From: an uncultured Actinomycetes bacterium
Lineage (GTDB): Bacteria; Actinomycetota; UBA4738; HRBIN12
DNA: 64,000 nt
Direction: 5' to 3'
Assembly: GCA_963734275.1 (NCBI GenBank)
Contig: CAVTGO010000006.1
Coordinates: 97,503-161,502 of the forward strand
Position 1 is the first letter of the stretch. Every line of letters starts with the position of its first letter. Below the pieces are notes generated by a model. The model ran no database searches and had not been told where the DNA came from. It was given only the letters and a program-made list of their open reading frames with translations. Made by a program: the position numbers and the translations under genes. Below are positions 56,731 to 64,000 of this stretch, piece after piece.

Positions 56731-57909
56731 GACGGCGTGCACGCGTGCCGCAGCGTGCGCTCGAACGCGTCAGCGAAACGTGGCGTCCGCCGGCAGCAGG
56801 CTGACCACCAGGAACGCCTCGTGCGTCGAAGTCGAAGAAGTAGCCGGGGTGCGCGAGCACGTGCTCGCGTTCCAGCAGGCTCAGCGGCCAGCGCCTCCTC
56901 GGATTGCAGCGCCGGCACGCGGACGACCACCGTCCAGCCGCCCTCCACCGGCAGGACGGTAGCACGCGGGAAAGCTGGCCGCGATGCTCGCGGGCGTGCG
57001 CCAGGTTCCGCGCGCACGCGGGCGTGTATCGCCTCGCGCACCGCCCCGCCCGCCTGGAGCAGCGAGCCGGCGGCCAGCTGCACCGGCGTGCCGACCGACA
57101 GGTAGGTGTCGGCGATGTGCTCCAGACCGTCGAGCGCCTCGCGGCGCTCGGCGTCGGGGCCGCCGACGATGATCCACCCCAGCTTGACCTGCGGCAGCCC
57201 CAGCGTCTTCGACGCGCCGCCCAGCGAAAACGTCAGCACCGGCGCGTTCACTGCCAGATCCGATCGCGGCGCCCGCGCGTCCAGCAGATAGTCGGCGAAC
57301 ACCTCGTCCACGATCAGCGCCCAGCCGCGATCCCGGCAGATCGCCTGCAAGGGCGCGCACCTCGCCTTCGTCGAGGCAGGAGCCGGTCGGGTTGTTGGGC
57401 GACACGAGCGACGCAGCGGCCCTGACGTGCTGCCGGTGCGGCCTCGACCGTGGCGAGATCGACCTCCCACCGGCCGTGAAAGCGCAGGCGGTAGGCGTGC
57501 GTCGCCACGCCCTCGGCGCGGGCCAGGTGCTCGAACAGCGGGTAGCTGGGCCGCGGCACCAGCACCGCTCTCGCCGGGTTCGCACAGCAGCTTGAACAGC
57601 CAGCCGTAGGCCTCGCTGGTGCTGGCGGTCAGCACGACCTGCTCGGGGGCGACCACCGCGCCTCGCGCGCATGGTCGGCGGCCACCGCCTCACGCGCCGC
57701 CGGCAGCCCGAGCGGCTGCGGATCGTAGCGCAGCGCCGACGGCTGTCCGAGCGGCGCCAGCAGATCGCCGGGATACGGCAGGCCCACGCGGGTGGGGTTC
57801 GACTCGGTCAGATCGGCGATCGCCACGCCGCCGGCCCGCAGGCGCGTCGAGCGCGCGCGTCAGCTGCGTTCGGCGCTGCGCCTCGCGGCACCCGGGACGA
57901 CAGGGTCAT
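56727..57909 (-). pseudogene. class I/II PLP aminotransferase with at least 8 frame changes
   Basis: Fragments spread over three frames: IADLTESNPTRVGLPYP, VVLTASTSEAYGWLFKLLCEPGE, VPRPSYPLFEHLA, VSPNNPTGS, ALIVDEVFADY, SLGGASKTLGLPQVKLGW, HPGYFFDF. The ATG at 57909 and the stop at 56727 overlap neighbouring genes. Confidence 0.75.
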
Positions 57910-57927
57910 GAACGGTTCATTCGCGCG

Positions 57928-59864
57928 TCAGGCGCGAGCGAGCGCGGAGTACTCCAGCATCTGCGCCTCGAGGTCGCACGGATAGGACACCTCGACGTCG
58001 ACGATGCTGCCGTCGGGCCCGCGCCGGGCGACAGGCGGGGCATCACGAACGCGGAGTAGGACGGCAGCCGCAGCGCGTCCACGCGCGCCACCACCTCGTC
58101 GCGCAGCGACGGATCGAAGTGCACGCCGTAGTCCTCGATCAGCGCGCGCGCCGCCTCGTAGTCGCCCTCGCTCTTGATGCGCTGCACTTCGGCGAGCAGC
58201 GCGCCGACGCCGGCGTGAAACGCGCCGGCGTCGACCATCGACGAAGTAGGTCTTGCCGTCGCGCCGGCGCACCTCGATCGCGTTCGTGTGCGCGGCGCAG
58301 CCAGTTGACGATCAGCTGGCGGTTGCGCATGTGATCTTCTTCGAGCTGGCTGCCCTCGCGCACGCGTCGCAGCTGCATCAGGGCGCCGCGCGTGTACTGT
58401 TCGTATTCGGCCGGCACGATCTCGTCGTGCGCGTGCGGCCGGCAGCAGGCCCAGCTCGACCAGCTTGGGCTCGGGCAGGAAATACAGCGCCACGAGATCG
58501 GCGCGCGCCTCTTCGAGCGCCGAGTACTGCTCCCGCAGCAGCTCGTGGCGGCGACTGCGTCAGGCCCGGGGCCATGCGGCCCGAGCCGTGCCCGATCACC
58601 TCGTGCAGCTCGGTGGTCAGATCGCGCGACAGCACGCCCCACACGCGCGTCGCGCTCGGCCTCGGCCTGCGTCCCACGAGAACTCGGTCCGCAGCCCTTC
58701 GGGCGTCGAGCGCTCGTACGCCTCGTTGACGTTGGCGAGCGACACCGACTTGCTGCCGTAGCGCTCGCGGACGGCCTGGTCGTTGGGCAGGTTGATGCCG
58801 ACCGGCGTGATCGGGCCCGAATCGCCGGTCTCGATCACGACGTCGATCGCGCTGCGCGGAGACGCCGGTCACCTCCGGCTTGCGGAAGCGCGGCGCCCAC
58901 GGCGTGTGATCCTCGAACCACTGCGGCGTGCGCGGCGATGGTCTCGATGCGCCGCGTCTTGTCGCGGTTGACGTAGGACACCAGGCCCTCCCAGGCGCCC
59001 TTCGCGCCGCGCGGGTCGAGGTAGACCTCGACGAAGCCGTTGACGGTGTCCACCGGGCTGGCGTCGTCGCGCACCCAGGCGATGTCGTAGGCCACGCGGT
59101 CCGCGTCGTCGCCGGTGCGTGTAGAAGCGGATCAGCGCGCGCAGCGCCTCGGCCGTCGGCTCGGCGGCGCGTAGGCCAGCGCATCCTCGAGATGCCGACG
59201 ATGCGGCGGATCTCGCGGTCGTAGCGCCCGCCGATCCGGCACACCTCTTCCACCAGGCCGTCGCTGCGTCTTGACCAGCCGCGAGTTCAGCGCAAAGCGC
59301 TCGCGCGAACCCCTCGAGGTCGCGCATCGACACGCCGACGTAGAGGTTGTTGGCGCTCGACTCCAGGATGTCGCGGCCCGTCACCCGGCGTCTTCTGCGT
59401 GAGAATCGGATCGACGGCCGGATCGAACAGCACCGGCGCCAGCCGCGCGGCCAGCTGCGACGGCGGTCTCTCCCTCGCGCGTCCGGAGCGGCGCGCCGCC
59501 GTCGCCGGCCGCCGTCACCGCGCGCACCCACTCGTCGGTCGTCAGCCGCAGCAGCTGCTTGCGGGCGGTGACGCCGTTGTGGGGCCCGCTGTTGATCCAG
59601 AACAGCTTCGTGTAGCGGCGCACTTCGTCGACCACGTGCGCCGGAAGGCCGCGGGCGTGGGTGAGGATGCCTTCGAGCACCGCGCGCAGCTCGAGGTTGT
59701 GGGCGTAGCGCTGGTCGTAATAGATGTCGCGTCCGGCCAGCGCGGCCAGGTAGAGATGCCACGCCAGCAGCTTGTCCGCGCAGCGGCAGCGCGGCGAAGC
59801 CGTCGGCGTAAATCTGGACGACGGACACGTCGTCCACTTGCTCGAGCAGATAGCGGCGGCTCAC
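57928..59864 (-). pseudogene. M49 (dipeptidyl-peptidase III-like) zinc peptidase with at least 14 frame changes
   Basis: Fragments: LHEVIGHGSG (HExxGH), ALEEARADLVALYFLPEPKLVELG (EExRAD), [52 protein letters not shown], and the C-terminus DVEVSYPCDLEAQMLEYSALARA*. The GTG at 59864 overlaps the upstream stop. Confidence 0.75.
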
Positions 59865-61242
59865 ACCGGGACCGTCTCGCCGTGGCTGGGCGTGTGGGCG
59901 TCCCACCCCAGCCGCTCGCGCACAAGGGCCTTGAGGGCATCCATCGGCCCGGGCTCGCCGTGCACCAGGAACAGGCGCGACGGCGCGCGCCGGCATCGCC
60001 CCGAGCCAGCGCAGGATCTCGCCGCGGTCGGCGTGCGCCGACATCGAGTTCACTTTTTCGATCCGGGCCCGCACCGGCACGAGGCGGCCGTGGATCTTGA
60101 CCTCGGTCGCGCCCTCGATCAGCTGACGGCCGCGCGTGCCCTCGGCTTGAAAGCCGGCGAAGAGCACCGTGTTGCGCGGGTCCGGCAGCGCCGCGGCGAG
60201 GTGGTGCAGCACGCGTCCGCCGGTGGCCATGCCGCTCGGCGGAGATGACCACGGCGCTGCGCCGGTTCGCGGTCAGCGCCTTCGACTGCTGCGGCGACAC
60301 CGTGGTCTGGAAGCGCGCGGTGGCGAAGGCCGACACGTTCTTGATGGTCGGGCGGATGTCCGCGATCCAGTTCGGCGGTGCGCGCGGCGTAGAACTTCAG
60401 CGCGTCGGCCGCCATCGGGCTGTCGACATAGACCGGCAGCACGGGAATGCGCCGCTCGCGCTCGAGGCGGCGAATCCAGTAGAGCAACTCCTCGACCCGG
60501 CCGATCGCGAAGGCCGGCACGATCACCTTGCCGCCGCGGGCGAGCGTGTCCCTGATCACGCGCGCGAGGCCCTCGCCGTCGTCGTCCGGCTCGTGATCGC
60601 GATCGCCGTAGGTGGATTCCACCAGCACCAGGTCGGCCGCGACCGGATCGGCCGGATCCGGCAGCACCGGACGGGCGTAGCGGCCCAGGTCGCCGCCGAA
60701 GAGGATGGTCTTGCCGCCGGACAGCCGGGCGATCACGTAGGCGGATCCCAGGAGGTGCCCCGCCGGCACGAACTCGACGCTGACACCCGGCGCGACCTCG
60801 ATCGGGCGCGCGGTAGGCCACCTGGTACAAGTGCGTCAGCGCACGGTTGGCCGCCGCTTCGTCGTAGAGCGGCTGCGCCGGCTGATGCCTGCGAGTAGCC
60901 GTGGCGGTTGGCCTGCCGCGCGTCCTCTTCCTGGATCCGTCCGGAGTCGGGCAGCACCAGGCGGCACAGGTCGGCGGTGCCCGCGGTGCAGAACACGCGG
61001 CCGTCGAACCCCTGCGCGACCAGCCGCGGCAGGTAGCCCACGTGGTCCAGGTGGGCGTGGGTCAGGACCACGGCGGCGATCGACGACGGCGGCACCGGGA
61101 AGGTCTCCCAGTTCCGCTCCCGCAGGGTCTTGAGTCCCTGGAAGAGACCGCAGTCGAACAGGACCTTCGTGCCGTCGTGCGACAACAAGTATTTCGACCC
61201 GGTGACGGTGCGTGCCGCACCGAGGAAGGTGAGTTCGGTCAC
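59861..61242 (-). pseudogene. beta-CASP MBL-fold RNA-metabolising hydrolase with at least 6 frame changes
   Basis: [111 protein letters not shown] and the C-terminus SHGETVPV*, read across several frames. Confidence 0.75.
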
Positions 61243-61283
61243 CGGGGGCAAGATATCAGGTTTCGGCGCCGGTCGACCCGCCC

Positions 61284-62024
61284 TCAGCGCAGGTGACGGC
61301 CTCCGTCGACGCGAATCGTCTGGCCGGTGATGAAGTCGCTCTCGACCAGCGACACGACCGCCTTGGCGATTTCGATCTCGCCGCCCCAGCGTCCGAGCGG
61401 CGTGGCGCGCTCGACGGCGCGAAACTCCCGGTCCGAGGTGCCCTCCGGCGCGACGATCGGCCCGGGAGCCACCGCGTTCACCAGGATCTGATCGCCGGCC
61501 AGCTCGAGGGCCAGCGCTTCGGTCAGCGCGATGACCGCGGCCTTGGCGACGTAGTAGCTCAGGTAGCCGGTGTAGCGCGGGCGGCCGCTGGCCGCCACCC
61601 AATCGGAGAAATTGATGATGCGGCCCCCGCGCAGGCGGCGCATGTGCGGCACCGCCGCCTGCGAACACAGCCACGACGCGCGCAGGTCCACGTCGAGCTG
61701 GCTGTTCCAGTCCGCCACCGTCAGATCGTCGAGCGCGATCGACTTGTAGAGCGAGGCCATGTTCACCAGGATGTCGAGGCGCCCGAGCGACGCCACCACC
61801 TCCTCGACGACCCGCGCGCAATCGTCCTCCTGGCCGAGATCCGCCTCGATGACCTGGGCCCGGCGGCCCTGAGCGCGCACCACCTCGGCGGTCTCTTCGG
61901 CGTCCGCCCGAGACGATCGAAAGACCAGCGCGACGTCGGCGCCCCCGCGCGCCAGGTGATCTGCCACCACGGCGCCGATCCGCTTGCCGCCCGTGATGAG
62001 CGCCACGCGATTGGTCAACTCCAT
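61284..62024 (-). CDS. short-chain dehydrogenase/reductase (intact)
   Basis: Track ORF of 246 aa: [39 protein letters not shown]. Confidence 0.85.
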   Translation of the reverse strand: MELTNRVALITGGKRIGAVVADHLARGGADVALVFRSSRADAEETAEVVRAQGRRAQVIEADLGQEDDCARVVEEVVASLGRLDILVNMASLYKSIALDDLTVADWNSQLDVDLRASWLCSQAAVPHMRRLRGGRIINFSDWVAASGRPRYTGYLSYYVAKAAVIALTEALALELAGDQILVNAVAPGPIVAPEGTSDREFRAVERATPLGRWGGEIEIAKAVVSLVESDFITGQTIRVDGGRHLR

Positions 62025-62312
62025 AGCGCCTTAGTCTCAGGCGAGGGTCCGGACCTCGCTACCACACGCGAAAGGGCTTTCCGGGGCCGTAATACCGCCG
62101 GGGTTTTCCGTTGAAAAACGCTGGAGATCCCGCGCGTCAAGGGTTGGCCCGGATCCTGCTGAAACGCTCGAAGGGTGTGCCTCGAGATCCGAGGGTCGGT
62201 GCTTCGAGAATCGCCCCGGACCGTGTGCGTCGTGTCCCCGCCGCGACGCGCACGGCCTTTGTATTCGCGGGCTGCGGGCCACAGGCTCCGGGCTCCGGGC
62301 CCGCTCAGTCTT

Positions 62313-62352
62313 CCTTTGGCCTTTCGCCTTTAGCCTTTCGCCTTTCGCCTTA
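62313..62352. repeat. heptanucleotide tandem repeat CCTTTNG x5.7, immediately upstream of a start codon
   Basis: The units read cctttgg cctttcg cctttag cctttcg cctttcg cctta. A second mini-tandem, ggctccg x2, lies at 62284-62297. Confidence 0.8.
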
Positions 62353-62362
62353 CCATGGCCGA

Positions 62363-63116
62363 ATGCGAAGGGCGATCGCCGTCGCGGTTCTGCGCGGCGG
62401 TCGGCTTGCACGCAGCCGACCTCGACTTGGATCCCCGCGAAGTTCTGGAGGCGATCGCGCTAGGACAGTCGTCCTTCGACGACGACCGCCTTCGATTTCA
62501 TCGGCCATACCGCATCGACATCTCCCGCCCGCCGCTCGACTCGGTGGACGTGGTGACGCCGTTTCGACGCGTGGTGATCGCGGCCGAGATTCGCGCGCGG
62601 GCCGGCGATCGCCGGTTCGGCCAGCGTGACGGGCTGGAGGTGGTGGATCGCTATCCCCGCCAGGTCAGCGTTCACGCGGAGTTCACCTTCCACCCGCAGA
62701 ACACGATGGTGCTGGTACCGCGCTACGCGGTGCGCTGGCTCACCGCGAGCGGCGCCAGGATCGAGCCAGCGTTGCTGGAGGCGTCTCCGCGCTACTTCCC
62801 CAGGATCGGGAGTGGAGCCCTGCCGACGCCGTCGGGCGCAGGCGTGGTGCCTCCGAGCCTGCCGGGACGCAGTCAGCCGATGCTGGGAGCAACCGTGGTG
62901 GCGTTCTTCGATGGAGCGGCGTTGTCGAAGCCGGAGGACCCGGCGCGGACGGTGGTGATCGAGGAGGCGGGCCAGGAACTGGCCCGCCTCCCAGATCGAC
63001 TTGGTAACGAGCGTTGCGCTGAGCTTACGACAGGACCTTCACGACCACGCGGCGGTTTTCCGCACGGCCGGTGCGGTTGTTGTTCGGCGACACGGGCTTG
63101 TCCTCGCCGTAGCTGA
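62363..63116 (+). pseudogene. hypothetical secreted protein, apparent frameshift in the signal-peptide region; 3' end uncertain
   Basis: ATG 62363 gives MRRAIAVAVL, then the frame must change to continue FCAAVGLHA/ADLDLDPREVLEAI... (track ORF 62355..63116). The tail overlaps the convergent OmpA gene and is probably read-through. Confidence 0.3.
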
Positions 63117-63721
63117 TCACGTTCATCTTGTGGAGCGGCACCTGGTGCTGCTCGTAGAGATACCGCTTCACGGCTTCCGCGCGCTCGAGGCCGAGACGCT
63201 GATTCAGCTCGGGACCGCCGACGTTGTCGGTGTGGCCCTCGATCTCGATGAACACGTTGCGGGTGTCGGCCTTCAGCTGACCGACCACTGCGTCGAGACG
63301 GGCCTTCGCTTCATCCGGCAGATCGACCTTGCCGGACTTGAAGTTGCCCTGCGCCTCGTTCAGCGTCACCTCGAACAGCAGCTTGCGCGACGCCGCGATC
63401 GCGGCGTTGGTCGCGGCCACTTCGGTCACCACCTGATCGACGCGCCCGTTGACCTTGCTGCGCCGACGCCGCAGCCGCGTCCGCCGCGCCGCGCGCTTCC
63501 TGCGCCGACCGGCCAGCCGCCTCGGCCTTGGTATCCACCGTGCCGATGCGCTCTTCGTTGCGCCGCGTCCGCTCCTGGGTCTCCTCGAGCGAGCCGCTCA
63601 GCGTGTCGACCTTCGCGTTGACGTTGCCAACCTCGCCGCGCACGAATTTCTTCGTCGCGCAGGCCGGGGCAACCGCCACCGCCAGCGCGAGAACCGACAT
63701 TGCCCACAGGTTGCTACGCAT
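63025..63721 (-). pseudogene. OmpA-family peptidoglycan-associated lipoprotein with coiled-coil N-terminus (one frameshift near 63470)
   Basis: ATG 63721 follows AGAGGAGAG. Signal peptide plus lipobox MRSNLWAMSVLALAVAVAPAC, then a coiled coil. After the shift comes the OmpA_C domain (track ORF 63025..63432): IEIEGHTDNVGGPELNQRLGLERAEAVKRYL...NRRVVVKV. Confidence 0.75.
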
Positions 63722-63746
63722 GATGTGTCTCTCCTCTATGAACGAG

Positions 63747-64000
63747 CTAACTACCGGTGCGGGTTCCGGCCATGTAGCCGCCCCGCGCATGCACCACCAA
63801 GTTCCGCTTCTTCGTCCGCACTTCGAGGGGATGCCATCCAGGCCGCTCCCCAGGCTCAAAGGTGATCAGGTACTGATGACGCAACTCCGCCACCAGGCTC
63901 TGCACCGCAATCGATGCGTGGCTGGGCACGCTTGCAAAGTAGGCCTCGCCGCCGGTCCAGCGCGACAGATCCACGAGCGCGCCTTGTCCCGTAGCCCGCG
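63747..64000 (-). CDS. C-terminus of a VWA-type protein (acidobacterial VWFA-related domain-like), 5' end beyond the window
   Basis: The reading frame is open to the window edge: ...GQGALVDLSRWTGGEAYFAS...ELRHQYLITFEPGERPGWHPLEVRTKKRNLVVHARGGY. The family is recalled from memory. Confidence 0.5.
   Translation of the reverse strand, partial: RATGQGALVDLSRWTGGEAYFASVPSHASIAVQSLVAELRHQYLITFEPGERPGWHPLEVRTKKRNLVVHARGGYMAGTRTGS

Noticed and set aside
54913-56742. A 609-aa ORF read as a genuine MalQ-DUF2207 fusion protein.
   Set aside because: The MalQ part needs several frame corrections and lacks its C-terminal quarter. The DUF2207-like part lacks its N-terminal domain. A junction between two truncated genes is the simpler explanation.
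62025-62354. The 330-nt non-coding stretch, considered as a tRNA or small RNA gene.
   Set aside because: I saw no cloverleaf-compatible arms or T-loop (GTTCGAATC-like) motif. Only a 6-bp hairpin (62041-62059) and the heptamer repeats are present. A covariance-model scan is still needed.

Overview
This is a high-GC window (about 70% in hand-counted lines) that is almost fully coding. Positions 1-55.5 kb read as a clean Actinomycetota chromosomal segment of about 55 intact genes, many with ATGA/GTGA start-stop overlaps. It opens with an rdgB-rph-Rv1339-like MBL-murI-cysM block syntenic with M. tuberculosis Rv1336-Rv1341. Upstream on the same strand lie a 1090-aa secreted S8 subtilase and a selD-mec(JAMM)-E1-cysO operon. 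The rest is mixed housekeeping and accessory genes: a cNMP/CBS/DUF294 sensor, InhA-type enoyl reductase, adenosine deaminase, DUF885, a class III aminotransferase, ABC exporters, GH15, Lon, a ClpC1-N-domain-only protein, MoxR-DUF58-DUF4129, DrrAB, MFS pumps, a CDGSH protein, an S1 protease, an AAC(2')-type acetyltransferase, a PspC-domain two-component module, a DUF222-HNH endonuclease and a Ser/Thr kinase. At about 55.53-55.58 kb two genes are truncated against each other. The remaining 8.5 kb carries Gram-negative/Acidobacteria-type genes (malQ, class I/II aminotransferase, M49 peptidase, beta-CASP MBL, SDR, OmpA-family lipoprotein, VWFA-type C-terminus), and four of them are riddled with frame changes. 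I recognised no rRNA, tRNA, CRISPR array or transposase. Three observations stand out. (1) Selenophosphate synthetase is embedded in a ubiquitin-like sulfur-carrier operon whose E1 lacks a rhodanese domain and whose carrier ends GG-IR. (2) There is a chimeric-looking junction followed by an indel-dense block. (3) A slightly lower-GC islet holds a twice-frameshifted TIR/deoxyribosyltransferase-like gene. All calls come from manual reading of the ORF track and sequence plus remembered family motifs. No searches were run, and start codons are provisional.
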